DNA of 64,000 nucleotides from Octopus vulgaris. Its lineage: Eukaryota. Where the stretch lies: positions 111,972,001 to 112,036,000 of the forward strand of contig OX597823.1 in NCBI GenBank assembly GCA_951406725.2. The letters are read 5' to 3'. Below, piece after piece: positions 28,478 through 41,798 of this stretch. How positions within the stretch are numbered: position 1 is the stretch's first letter; every line of letters starts with the position of its first letter. The position numbers and the translations under genes are program-made. Under the pieces are notes generated by a model. That model was not told where the DNA came from. It saw only the letters and a program-made list of their open reading frames with translations, and made no database searches.

Positions 28478-29476
28478 CATACATATATATATATACATAC
28501 GCACACATATATATTTTCATATACACACAAACACACACATATACACAAACACACTCTCTTATGCAGGAATACGTATGGAATCAGTATGAATTCAGTTATA
28601 CACACAACTGCATGCGCATACGCATATATGCACATGGGCACGAATGTTCCGCTGCCGCCACCTACGCCACCGCCACCACCGCTTCGACCACCACCACCTC
28701 CAGCACCTAAGTCCATCATTACATAGAGAAAATATTCACTCAACCCTTTTTTATTGATTTCAAAGACTGTCCAAAAATTCCTTTGCTACTGTAAAAACAT
28801 CAGCTGCTACCGCTTGGGAACTGCGCGAGGAGTAGGTAGAGGATGGGAGAGAAAGTGAGAGGGAGGGAGAGAGAGTGGGAACTAAAGGGTGGTAAAGAGA
28901 AATAGCCTCTCTTAGAGAATGGGGGAAGGTGTGTGTGTGTGTGTGTGTGTGTGCAGAAGGTAGGGGTGTGTCGGTGGTTCTAGGGACAGTCATAGGTGGA
29001 GAAACAGGAGAGCTGTGTGGCTAGTGTGGTGTGGCGGGTCGATGGTGATGGTGTGATGGTGGTGGTGGTGGTCGTCGCTGTGGAGGGGGTGGTGGTGGTG
29101 TTGAAGACCGTGGAGACAGAAAGAGCGAATCATTGGGGAGATGGATTCGGGGGGAGAGAGAGATAGGACGGCGGGAATTGCAAGTGTGAGTTGGTGGGTA
29201 AGATAAATGTGGTGGTGAAGGATGGGGTGGGAGTGGTGGGAGGAGTATATATACGTGTGTGTGTGTGTGTATGTAGGTATGTATGTGTATGTATGTATAA
29301 GAGAATTGCATGAGAGAATAGTAGATAGATGAATATATGGCCAGATCTATGGATGGACAGAGAAAGATGGATGGATTGATTGGTTTGTTGGTTTGAATGA
29401 TACATACTTAGATAAGTGTGTGTGCGTATACGCATACTCACACATACATAGTTATAAGTAAATCTGTGTGTGTGAG

Positions 29477-29611
<135 letters not shown>

Positions 29612-29684
29612 ATATATATATATATATGTTTATATATGCATGTGTGTATATATATATAGAGAGCAATCTTTTGCTATATGTGTT

Positions 29685-29721
<37 letters not shown>

Positions 29722-29898
29722 TATAGATAGGTAGATAGATATGCAATTAAAAAGACAGATAAACAAATTGAAACATAGTGATTGTGCTTGCTTTTGCGTA
29801 TGTATATGTATGTAAGCATTTGTATATATATATATATATATATATACATACATATATATGTGTGTGTGTATATATGTATATATACATACATATATATA

Positions 29899-29933
<35 letters not shown>

Positions 29934-29959
29934 ACACACACATAATGCATACATGTATA

Positions 29960-29995
<36 letters not shown>

Positions 29996-30093
29996 TATGC
30001 CTGCTTTGTGTATTTTCTATGTATGTATACCTATGCATGCATATATTTACACATATACATATGTATGCATATGTAAGTTTTTATAAATATGTA

Positions 30094-30147
<54 letters not shown>

Positions 30148-30213
30148 CATGTACACATACATATGTATGTATATATATATATATATATATATACATATAT
30201 ATACATATATATG

Positions 30214-30265
<52 letters not shown>

Positions 30266-30569
30266 TATACATACGTATGTATATGTATGTAAGTTTATTG
30301 TATGTTAGGAGAGGAATACTGAAAGAAATTTATGGGAAATTGCTGATTAGAAAAGAAAAAAAAAAGATTAGTGGGCAGTAGCATTAGAAAGAGAGAAGGA
30401 GAGGAAGGGAATTGTAGGAGGTAGTGTGAGGAAGAGAGAGTGAGAGAGACTAGGACGGAGAGTGATAGAGAAAATGATAGAGAGAAATGTAGGATAGAAA
30501 CTGTGAGGGAGAGGGTGAGTGTTTCAGGGAAAATGAAGCTGAAAAAGAGGAGAGAAAATGTAAGATGGA

Positions 30570-30643
30570 GATAGATAGATAGATAGAGGGAGAGAGAGAG
30601 AGAGAGACAGAGAGAGAGAGATAAATAGATAGATAGATAGATA

Positions 30644-30715
<72 letters not shown>

Positions 30716-30720
30716 TAGAG

Positions 30721-30783
<63 letters not shown>

Positions 30784-31380
30784 GGTAGATAGACAGAGAT
30801 AGATAGATACATACATACATACGTACGTACATACATACATACATACATACATTCATACATACATATATACGTACATACGTACATAGATACATACATACAT
30901 ACATAGAGTGACAGACACAGTGAGAGAGAAATGATAGAAAAGATTGAGTGATAGAGTAACAAAGGAAGAGATACAGAGAAATGGAGAGGGGGGGAGGTTA
31001 AAGGGTTTGAAAATGGAAAGAAAAATTGAAAGAATATGATAGAAAAACAGTAAAAGAAGAATAGGGAAGATTTGTGGAGAGACAAAAATGATGGAAGTGA
31101 AGAAGGGAAGAATGATTGTGAATGAGTGAGAGTAGGAAGAGAATAAGATGAAGAGAGGAGAAAGAATGAAAGAGAAAGAGAGAAGGAACGGAGGAGAGAG
31201 AGAGAGAGAGAAGAAGAGGAGAGAGAGAAGGAGAGGAGAAGGAGAGAGAGAGAGAGAAGGAGAGGAGGAGAGAAAGAGAAGGAGAGGAGGAGAGAGAGGA
31301 GGAGAGGAGGAAAGAGAGAAGGAGAGGAGGAGAGAGAGAATGAGAGGAGGAGAAAGAGAAGGAGAGGAGGAGAGAGATAA
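30570..31380. repeat. Polypurine (GA)n/(GATA)n/(GGA)n and (TACA)n tracts
   Basis: Direct reading. Confidence 0.9.
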
Positions 31381-31873
31381 ATAAAATAAGTTGAGTGCAG
31401 GAACGTAAATCAAAAAATGTAGATTTCTGGAGAGATATTTAGTGTAATGGATGGTCAAGAACATAAATGAATGAAGTTAGAATGTGGAGTGGAGATTTAG
31501 TGGAGTCGAGTGTAGACTGTTATGAGATGAGTATGAGTGGAGAGAGAGAGAGAGAAAAAAATGTTTTAAGTCATCTTATTGGGAAGAAATACAGAGAAAA
31601 GAGGGCAAGTGTGAGTTTGTTAATTTAAAGAGAGGGAGTATCTATAGCATTATAAGGTGGTGATTCTTCAGGAAAGGAAAAAAAGAATGAACTATTTGAT
31701 AGATTAAGATGAGAAATATAAAGTGAACCATACTTTCTTTTTTGATGTTTATGCTTATGTATGCGTCTGTGTGTCTTCTTCTTTTTATGACAGTGAGGTG
31801 GTATACTATTTCTAGAAGAGTATGCAGTCACGTAGAGGAATTATATTACATGTACACTCACAAACACACACAT

Positions 31874-31949
<76 letters not shown>

Positions 31950-32063
31950 ATATATATATATTTGTATATAATATATATTTGTATATATATATATGTATTT
32001 ATATATATATATGTATGTATGTATATATATATATATATATTATATATATATATATATATTACA

Positions 32064-32099
<36 letters not shown>

Positions 32100-32126
32100 T
32101 GTATATATATATATATATATTATATA

Positions 32127-32184
<58 letters not shown>

Positions 32185-32210
32185 ATATATGTATATACAA
32201 ATATATATGA

Positions 32211-33200
32211 TATTGGGTTGACTAAAATGTTCAGTCAGCTTTTCAAGTCAAAATACGACACAAGTTTTAAACATGAAACAATTCATCCTAGTGCCTTATG
32301 TCATCTTATGGGCAGATCCATTATTCCCTGCTCCAAGAATTTTATGGCTTTATTGAAGAAAAACTCTCCCAGCTGAATGTTTACAGCCTCTACAAGCCTG
32401 AAGGTCTGTCCATTCAATGAATTTCAAAGATACCCAAACTGTTAGAAATCTGAAGGTGTGAAATCGGGAAAATAGGGAGGGTGTGGCAAAACTCACCCTG
32501 TGACTTCTGCTACGTCTGCCAAGGAATCTGTGACCTAGCACAGTTGCGATGAAAGACAATACCCTTAGAATTAGCAAGTGCTGGACGATTCTGATGGATC
32601 ACCGAGTTTACTTTGTCTAGCTGGTCACAGTACACATTCGAATTGATGATCCCCTCAGTGGGAAAGGGCTCATAAATGACAGTACCCTTCCGCAGTGCTT
32701 CCTTCATAATAGTTTGCACCTCACATTTTTCGTCCACTGTCACAATTCTCTTCAGGAAAAAAAAGGATCGTTTTCTTCCCGTTTCTGTGACGAATCGCAG
32801 ACGGAAATCCGTTGGGCGAAGTTAGCCTCCTTTAGTGGATATAGGATCCAATCGTTAAGCCTGCTGATGTTACCAAGTTGATGTGGATGGTTTTTAGCAT
32901 GCGATTTGGATATTTGGGGAATATTTGCGATTATCCTGGCCATTGGCTAGCCAGAGCGAGGTGCATCTTGAATCAAAAAATTTCAACATCCTTTAAAGTT
33001 TTCAGTGAATATCTAACTGTAGGTTTCCGTCACTTTCTTGCTTTTTAAAATTAAAAGAGCATGAGGTGTTGATAATGTTCGTTTTAGCTCTCCATTTTCA
33101 TGGCAAATCCAAACACACAAAATGCAACCATTTCTCGTTGCAAGTTCGCATCAAACTGTATTTAAGCGTCTAGTATCTAACGTAGGCGTTAAATGCTTTC
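32211..33200 (-). mobile_element. Decayed mariner transposon
   Basis: TVDEK, INSNVYCDQL...RPALANSKGIVFH..AR resemble mariner DD34D motifs; TA+ttgggttgac terminus at 32211. Confidence 0.85.
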
Positions 33201-33879
33201 AAAATATCATTTGGCTTACTCATACGAAGTATACGATATTTTCAGCAAATCCGGGCCTCAGTAGGGCTTTATTGTTGCATGTGAAAGCTTTCGTGAAAAT
33301 ATGATTGTTGACTAAGAGTCTAGAAGGTCTATTTCAGAAGTTACTATCTACAGGGCGGTTTTAGTCATTGTAAACTAAATTTTACATTTGTTTTACGCAA
33401 AGGGGAGTGCAGTGTGTTTTTATGATTAAGTGTAACATCTGAGATGTTCACTGCATAAGCAGTAATTGAAATTCCGTAATTTTAAAAGTATGTTTGTAGA
33501 GTTTCTTTCCCTCACCTGCTGCACATTGGTTGAAGCTTCTAAGTAATAGGAAACAATCCTTCTTAGAGAACAGGAGATTTAAAATATAAATTTGACAGTA
33601 AGTATAAGCTGACTAAATCGCTTATCTCAATGTGTTCATACTCACTTTGAAAAGCATGTTTGAATGTTTTTTTAATTCAGATGGTGTTATCGAAGATTAG
33701 GAGATCTTTCCGTGCGTGTAGAATGATCTTCCCTTCTTCGTCGGTAAAGGTAGTAGTGGAACTAACGTAATTGAAAACCAAATCAGTGGAGATAAACGCT
33801 TAGTGATTTTTGATGTCTAGCTGCAAAAATTCGTAAATATTTTGTTTGGGGTGGATCCAAAGTACTTAACGATATTCAA

Positions 33880-34620
33880 TGTTTTATTACATTGCATCGT
33901 GTAGACTCTCAATACAGCTAACAAACCTATCTTCACTGGAACAGCTACATACAACAATGAAGCCCTATCAAGAAGTAATTTTGCAGAGAAAATAAATTAT
34001 ATAAAAGAATTGCAGCGTCAGGCCAACAATAGAATGAGAAGCAGAAATAAAGACATTACCTGGTTCATACCACCTTTTAACCCAGCGGTTTCCACTAAGA
34101 TAATTAAGAAACACTTCACGCAACAACATAATTACAGTTAAATTTTAACCAGAAACGCTATTAAGCACTTTTATTCCACCATTTCCAAATTTCCCACTGA
34201 CTTCAGCTTTTTTTTTTTTAATTGAATCAACCCGGTACACAAGCAAGTACAAACAAAGGCAACTACTACAATTTGGATACACAGTCAGTTAATTTCAACT
34301 GTCTATCACAAGCAACTCTGTTCCACGCTAATTCACCAACAATGCAAACTTTTATAGATTTAAGTTCTCATACTCTCAAACTACGCTATTATCAGCCCAA
34401 CTATACTCTTCAAACTCAAATTGAAAACGCGATACGACGTCATCAAGTTACATAAGGGGCTTTAAAAACCAAAAGAAAAAAACATCTCTTACAATATAAG
34501 ATAGAACATTACGAAGGCAGTCACTTATTTAGGCATCGACAAACGCTGGAAGTTATATCCAGATGAACTATCCATGCAGATAATCCTACAAACCTACATA
34601 AGGAATCTGAAACAACTACT
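33880..34620 (+). mobile_element. Penelope-like element remnant (linker and GIY-YIG)
   Basis: RNKDITWFIPPFN, IKKHF..HNYS*ILTRNAIK..YS and FIDLSSHTLKLRY match the WFNPP/KHF/YIG pattern of PLE C-terminal halves. Confidence 0.7.
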
Positions 34621-34979
34621 TTCACATGTTTATATAAATCACTGCAAACATAGAAACTATTAAGCTTTAACATATCATTTAAAGCAATAGTCTTAACAAG
34701 CACAATTTTTTTCGGGGTGGGGGTGGGGGAAACTGCCAGATTCCATCACATAGAAGGACCTACATGAATACTTTCTTAAGTTACCGAAGTTTTATTATTA
34801 TTAAACCATTCTATGACCTACACCAAAGTATTCATCCTCATTCTAAAAAGATAATAGTTGAATGAAAAACATGTAATCGGTTATTTCTTTACGTTCATGT
34901 CTGAATGGCTGCAGATTAACGCGTGCAAATATGTGTTATATGCAGGTACGTTGATGAAGGAATAAGTGAATTTGATGTC

Positions 34980-35185
34980 AAAATCGTTCGCACGCTGGAC
35001 GGAATGCTCAGCGGTATTTCGCCCGTCGCTACGTTCTGAGTTCAAATTCCGCCGAGATCGACTTTGCCTTTCATCTCTTCGGCTCGATAAATTAAGTACC
35101 AGTTGAGTACTGGGGTCAATGTAATTTTGAGGGAAGGCTTACCTTCCCTCAAAATTTCAGGCCTTGTGCCTATAGTAGAAAGGAT
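34980..35185 (+). mobile_element. SINE family A
   Basis: Family A body motifs. Confidence 0.8.
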
Positions 35186-35261
35186 TATTATTATTATTAT
35201 TATTTACAGAATTGCAAAAATCAACGCTTCATATAAAAAACTATCAGAATGTGTGTGTGTG

Positions 35262-35326
<65 letters not shown>

Positions 35327-35559
35327 TTGTGTGTGTGTGTGTGTGTGTGTGTTGCAGGTATTAGTTATAGTTGGTCATGGTGTTACTATTGCATTGCACC
35401 TATCATATAAGTGACTCATGAAACCTAGTTGTAGGCACATAACCTCTGTTCTACTGGAGGTGGAAGGCTGTCTTGCTTGATCAGAGTTGTGGGAAAAAAA
35501 CCAAAACGAAGTTCTACTAAGCGACATCCTTGTGGGTGAGATGGAATTATCTCTCTTCC

Positions 35560-35900
35560 ACTTGTTTCGGTTGCATTAAAAAACGATTATATATATTTCC
35601 TCTCGTGAGCCATTTAACTTTTGGAGTTTAAGAAGGTCAAGCGAATTCATTGGGATCCTTGCTCTCTGAGCCAAGCAAAGTTCGCATTGTCTGCACTCAT
35701 TGAAACATGGTCCAGAAAGTTTCCAGGAACTTCCATTTGATCTTGTATCCTCTTCTTTTAAACGCCATATACAGCTGATCAAATACGTAACGTTGCGCTA
35801 TCTTGAGATTCTAAAGGAGGACCTGCAGACTTTAGGCGTCACATAAAGAGACCCACCGTTGCTCCAACATGTTTCTAAGTATATATCATTATGCTACTAG
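35560..35900 (-). mobile_element. Penelope-like GIY-YIG C-terminal remnant
   Basis: SSFR..RNVTYLISCIWRLKE...CELCLAQRARI...LNGSREEI fits the LSxxIWxLK...CxLCLxEK...LNxRxE pattern. Confidence 0.65.
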
Positions 35901-36057
35901 CGCCCATGCTGTTATTACTGCTGCTGCTACTCCTGTTACTGCTGGACATCACCTCAGCCTCGTGGTTCACGGTCTTACAGTTGCATCGACTATACTGTTA
36001 ATAGTCACTGTTAATCCTCCTTGAGCATCCTGCCTTTGAGTAGAGTTTGGGTGTGTG

Positions 36058-36088
<31 letters not shown>

Positions 36089-36139
36089 ATATGTTTGTGT
36101 GTGTGTGTGTATGAATATATATGTATGCGTGTATATAGA

Positions 36140-36315
36140 TCGGTAGCCACTACACACATTTTTTTCTCTGCTTGTTTTTTTCTGTGTCCCTTCCTGTAGA
36201 AGAGCGTAGGCTCGAAACGTAAAAGACTTTTTCAATTTCCTGAGCGTTATACTAATACATATGTTTGTTTTATACACCACTTCTCTTCGTCTTTTTCCTT
36301 TTTCGTGAACTCTCC

Positions 36316-36318
<3 letters not shown>
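36140..36318 (+). mobile_element. (TA)n-associated element with hammerhead-like motif at 36190-36225 (CUGUAGA core)
   Basis: ctgtaga a gagc gtag gctc gaaa cgt a aaag. Confidence 0.6.
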
Positions 36319-36352
<34 letters not shown>

Positions 36353-36355
<3 letters not shown>

Positions 36356-37229
36356 TCATTATATTAAGTTCTATTACTACATGTAAATGCCTCACACTTT
36401 TATGGGACTCTGAAGTCAAACTGCTTTAATAAATATACACGGTACCGAAAGCAAGGATATGCAACTTGGAAGCTACAGATTTAGTCTCAAATCATTAATG
36501 ATTTCATGGTTAGCGTACATAATACACTTTCCAATCATCAGTACAAACATAATCAGAACACATAAAAATGAACATCTCTACATACCAGGGAGTAGCAAGC
36601 GTATCCAACAAAGCATATACAAATGCTCACACTTATATATCCATCTAAAAGGTGGGCTTCTCAAATTACATCTAGGTATACGTGTATAGTCGGAACAATT
36701 CAGCACCGAATTTATTGGTTTAATTTCAAATAATATATAAGGTTAAAATCTATAAGAATTTATCAAGTAGCCAGCATAAAAACCCGGCTATACACGTGTA
36801 CCGAGATGTAATTTGAGAAGCCCGCCTTTTACATGGATATATAAGTGGGAGCATTTGTATATGCTATATTAGATACGTTTGCTGTTCCCTTGGTATGTAC
36901 AGATGTTCATATTTATGTGTTCTGATTATGTTTGCACTGATGATTGGAAAGTGTATTATGTACGCTAACCATGAAATCATTAATGATTTGAGACTAAATC
37001 TGTAGCTTCCAAGTTGAATACCTTTGCTTTCGGTAGCGTGTATATTTATTAAAGTAATTTGACTTCAGAGTCCCATAACAGCGTGAGGCATTTACGTGTA
37101 GTAATGACCCTTAATATAATGAATGTATTTATATTTAAAGGGGAAAATTATGTATTTTGTATTAATTTTTTCCTGAACTGGTTTTTCACGCTGGCTACTT
37201 GATAATTTCTTATATAGATTTTATCCTTA
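36353..37229. mobile_element. Large fold-back, circularly permuted hammerhead element related to 20486-21196
   Basis: Arms at about 36356-36692 and 36785-37123; 36738-36784 is also the inverse of 37180-37229; HHR at 36933-36992 (+) and about 36485-36545 (-). Confidence 0.8.
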
Positions 37230-37233
37230 TATA

Positions 37234-37312
<79 letters not shown>

Positions 37313-37487
37313 TAATAAATATTAGGGAATGAATCCAAAATTACAGGGAAAAAATCAGATTTAGGGTTAAATCCAATTTTATAGTAAAATATTATATAAT
37401 ATAATTCGAGACAAAACCACTATTTTAAAACCAAACAAGGAAAGACTTAATCAATACATAAAATTTTAATATAAATTAAATAAACCG

Positions 37488-37531
37488 CCACTACAAATGT
37501 TTCATGTCTGCTACCGACAATCTTCAGGTGG
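37488..37531 (-). ncRNA. Minimal type-I hammerhead ribozyme (left arm)
   Basis: Exact reverse complement of 37584-37627. Confidence 0.85.
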
Positions 37532-37583
37532 ATTTTCGATCTAATCAGTATCAAAATGTGATACTGATTAGAAGATCGAAAAT

Positions 37584-37627
37584 CCACCTGAAGATTGTCG
37601 GTAGCAGACATGAAACATTTGTAGTGG
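37584..37627 (+). ncRNA. Minimal type-I hammerhead ribozyme, canonical CUGAAGA core
   Basis: ccac|ctgaaga|t tgtc ggtagca gaca t|gaa|ac attt gt|a|gtgg; GUA triplet, predicted cut after 37623. Confidence 0.85.
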
Positions 37628-37711
37628 CGGTTTATTTAATTTATATTAAAATTTTATGTATTGATTAAGTCTTTCCTTGTTTGGTTTTAAAATAGTGGTT
37701 TTGTCTCGAAT

Positions 37712-37756
<45 letters not shown>

Positions 37757-38194
37757 CATACAGAGAGAGAGAGAGAATCGGCACGAAGAAGAACGAACAA
37801 GAAAAACAATAACGTGAGGACGTGGTATAGGTACTGTACTATAAGATGCTCAGGAAAGGAAGGAATGTATGTATATACTGTTATACAACGCTGGTCACAA
37901 TACGATGTACATTGCCTGAGCATTTGAGTCATGTCACTCTACTGGCTAGGCGAACAAGCCAGCATTGCCCCTGATCTGATGCACGTTCCGTGGCAGGGCT
38001 ACTCATTTAGAGATGAGAGGGCTGGAGTAACACGAAATGGAATATTTTGCTCGAGAGCTTAACGTGCTATTTGGTGCGGGAATCGAACCCACGATGAAGT
38101 AATCATGAGTGCAACACCCTAACAACTAGGCCACACACACACACACACACAGATAGATAGATATGCAATCTACCTATGAATAAATTGTAATAAG

Positions 38195-38660
38195 TATTGT
38201 CCCCCATAAGTAATGCGGTTTTATTATACTCCTATTTTTCAAAATTAATATAAACAAAGTTCTTTTTTAATCTAAAATATACTCCCCTTCATTTTCTACA
38301 ACGCTCTTCCATCTATCTGGTAAACTTGCAAGGTCCCTCTTCCAAAATTCACTTGTCCGTGGCGGAAAATTCTCCTCCTGTACTGTTCTGACCTCGTCTA
38401 CAGAATTCATATTTTTTCCGTCCAAATGATTTTGAAGACTGCGGAATAAATGGACATCAGAAAGGGCAAAGTCCGACGATTATGGTGAGTGGAGCATCGT
38501 TTCCCATTCAAACTGCTCCAGCTTTTGGAATGTCATCCTCACTGTCTGTAGGCGAGCATTGTCCTGATGGAAGAACACAATTCATCTTGAAACCAAAGAT
38601 GGTCGTTTTTCTTCTCGCGCTGACTTAAGCCGCTCAAGCTGCTCGCTGTAGATCTCCGTT
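38195..38660 (-). mobile_element. Mariner transposase 3' remnant
   Basis: FHQDNAR, HSP*SSDFALSDVHLFRSLQNHL and LPDRWKSVVENEGEYI. Confidence 0.85.
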
Positions 38661-39163
38661 ATTATTAGTTGAATTTATTTTCATGCAGTTGGAGAATGGT
38701 AAGTTTCCATAGCTCCGACGATCTACGGCATGAAAGTAGGTCCAACAAATTTAATTAATATCTGAAAAAATACTAAGTTTCCAACATTATTATGAGAGGT
38801 AAAATTGTACGGGTGACTGAGTTCAATAAGTATTTCAATTCTGAATGTTATGAAGCACGAGTTATTATTAAATTACTTGATACAGTTATAATATTTAGAG
38901 AAAGATCTTTTCAAAATGTTTATTTTGGGAATTACTTTTGGAAATAGTTATAATATTTAGAGAAATATTTTTTTCAAAATGTTAGGATTAAAAAAAAAGC
39001 AAGAATGAAGAATTGTAGAAGAGTCATTCAATAGTGAGAGAGAGAGAGGTAACGCATGAGGAATAGTAGAAGTGTGATTGAATACTGAGAGAGTGAATCA
39101 GGGGAGTAAAGTTGAAAAAGTGTGACACACTGAAACACTGACATTCGCTTTCGCATTTATTAC

Positions 39164-39264
<101 letters not shown>

Positions 39265-39292
39265 CATGCATACACATGCATATATACATATA

Positions 39293-39333
<41 letters not shown>

Positions 39334-39841
39334 GCTTCATACGAACATATGCGCCAGTGTGTGTTTGTGTGTGTGTGCACGAGAGTGTGTTTACAATGAA
39401 TTACCCTTAATGATTGTGAGAAGATTAAGGTGTTAGACAACTCAGCACATCATTTAACTGGGTTCAGATTTTACTATAGCCATTTATATATTGTTACTGA
39501 TTGGTCCCATTCAGTCATCATTAAAGCCAAGGCGTTTCACTCATGACGACCTAATCATTTTTCAAACAGTACGTCGCAAACTACATTTAACAAAGCCTAT
39601 TTTCCTTCTATTATATGGCAGACTACAAATGGTGTATGATTTTATCTGTTATTTCTAGCATCTCAAAGAACCATTTAGCAGTTGCTTCATAAAACTGGAA
39701 CTATTATAACACTTTTTTCACCACATTATATATATCGGTCCTTCAGTTTACCTCAAAACCGATATCTGTGTTTTCTATACGTACGTACGTACGTACGTAC
39801 ATACATACATACATACATACATACATACATACATACATACA

Positions 39842-39875
<34 letters not shown>

Positions 39876-39912
39876 CATACATACATACATACATACATAT
39901 ACACATACATGT

Positions 39913-40811
39913 AAACACAATAGACCTGGTATAATGATTTGGGATAGAGAAGAGAAACTGTGTACAGCGGATGTTAACATAAAGCTGAAGATGAGTGAAA
40001 AAGAGAACACCTACGCTGAACTATTGAGAAATCTGCAGTTACTCTATCCAGAATACAAGTCCAGATTTATACCTGTAATTATTGGGGCACTGGGATATAC
40101 ATGGTGACCCCCTTCGGTCAGACACTGACCATGGGTTTGCACCTAGAGAGTTACCCTCTGAGGCACAAGTCTGGGCAAGGTTGTTTTATGGAAGACCAGC
40201 AGTCGCCCATGCATACCGGCCTCCCCTTTTCACGTCACCGATGTTGTCCAAGGGAAAGGCAAGGGCCGATACAGCTTGGCACCTGTGACATCGCAACTCA
40301 TTTCTACAGCTGAGTGAACTGGAGCAACGTGAAATAAAGTGTCTTGCTCAAGAATACAACACGCAGCCCGGTCCGGGATTCGAGCTCACAACCTCACGAT
40401 CGTAGGCTCGACGCTGGGATATATAACTCACTACCTAAATACCAATTTTGAAAAGTTAGGCTTCTGAAAACCAGAAAGAAGAAAGTTTATTCGAAGACTA
40501 CAGACACAGGTCATCTCTGCAACTATAAAAATCTGTAAAACTTTTCAGAAGTTTAGCATTTAAGTGTATACGAGCATCTCTGAATATGCAAGTATATACT
40601 TGAGAAGACATACCTAAAACAAAACATTCAAATCTGCTTGTATGCATACATACATACATACATACATACATACATACATACATACATACATACATACATA
40701 CAAAAATACCCTGTTGTTGATGTTGAAATTCCAATAAAGGGGCCACGGGTCTCGGTTAGAAACCGGCTCTTTCTCAATTGAAAAGAAATCTTGAAATAAA
40801 ACTGAATAATT
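39913..40811 (+). mobile_element. 3' end of a non-LTR retrotransposon with restriction-like endonuclease (R4/Dong-like), within (TACA)n
   Basis: HNRPGIMIWD...KENTYAEL...IPVIIGALG; reading continues after the SINE at 40424; (taca)n on both sides. Confidence 0.7.
40100..40413 (-). mobile_element. tRNA/CORE-like SINE with 10-bp TSD
   Basis: ctgggatata at 40090-40099 and 40414-40423; B-box-like gagctcgaatccc and ttgagcaagacact on the minus strand. Confidence 0.8.
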
Positions 40812-41744
40812 ACATACATACATACATACATATATATGAATACCAATATGTAGGTATGTGGTACTTGCTAAGGCGAAGAATAGAAACTCTTCTAGAATTT
40901 TAAAATTATTAAAGTAAGGACGCCCTCGCTCACTTACTCATACATATGCACAGTGACACATTCTCAATATGCATAAAATGCAATCACTTTAAATCAGCCA
41001 ACATATACTCTTACAGGAAGTCATAGGCTGGTTTCCATTCAGAAATAGTCACTAGTTTTGATGTATGCATGTTATATCTTATCAGTATGGCATTAATATC
41101 AGAGACAGTGTTTATTGCTGATACAGTAGAACACCAGAATAAATTGCTTTAGAGTGCTGAATATTCTATATGTGTAAGATGAGACGAACGGATTTCACAT
41201 AACGATTAAGTATAGCTCGATATTTCAGGATATAAATAAATAAGATTCTGATGTGCACAGATGACTAGTTTTTTTTAACTTTATTTATTTATTTATTTTG
41301 TTAGCACTCAGTTATGCAAAGAAAAGTACCTTCTATTTTATCATAATAGACGTCTTGGAAGATTCTAAATTCCAAATATCAGCTCAATAGAAATGAAATC
41401 GTTTTTCGTTTTTGCATTTTAAAAGTGGTTGTATGTTGGTAAACACTTTCTTTAAATGAATAGGCCTTCAATATATGCTTGTAGTCATGTATGTATGTGT
41501 GTGTGTGTGTGTGTGCGAACTTGTGTGCATGCGTAAGTACATATTTACACTTTTTAATTTAAATATAACTATAATGTTAAATTTATATATTTGTTGTGCA
41601 AGATTTTGGATGTGAAATCGTGTATTGAAACAGATATTGTTGTATTTAGGAATGGTCATTTTGCCAGTTTAGCCAATAAAAACACACGCACTATATATTT
41701 GGTGTTACTTTGCTTCAGCGTTATTAATTTTTTACATTAATCTT

Positions 41745-41798
41745 AATCTTATTTCGGCCAGAGTTCTTTCTTCACATTCCTGTGACCTCATCAGTGGT
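41745..41798 (-). ncRNA. Partial hammerhead motif
   Basis: ctgatga ggtca...tggcc gaaa; stem I partner is missing. Confidence 0.5.

Larger units (their letters stand above)
37311..37722. mobile_element. Near-perfect fold-back element in (TA)n with a hammerhead on each strand
   Basis: Arms at about 37392-37553 and 37559-37722. Confidence 0.9.

Noticed and set aside
40725-40775. Hammerhead-like ...ggttagaaaccggctc in the LINE 3' UTR
   Set aside because: No acceptable core or stem I
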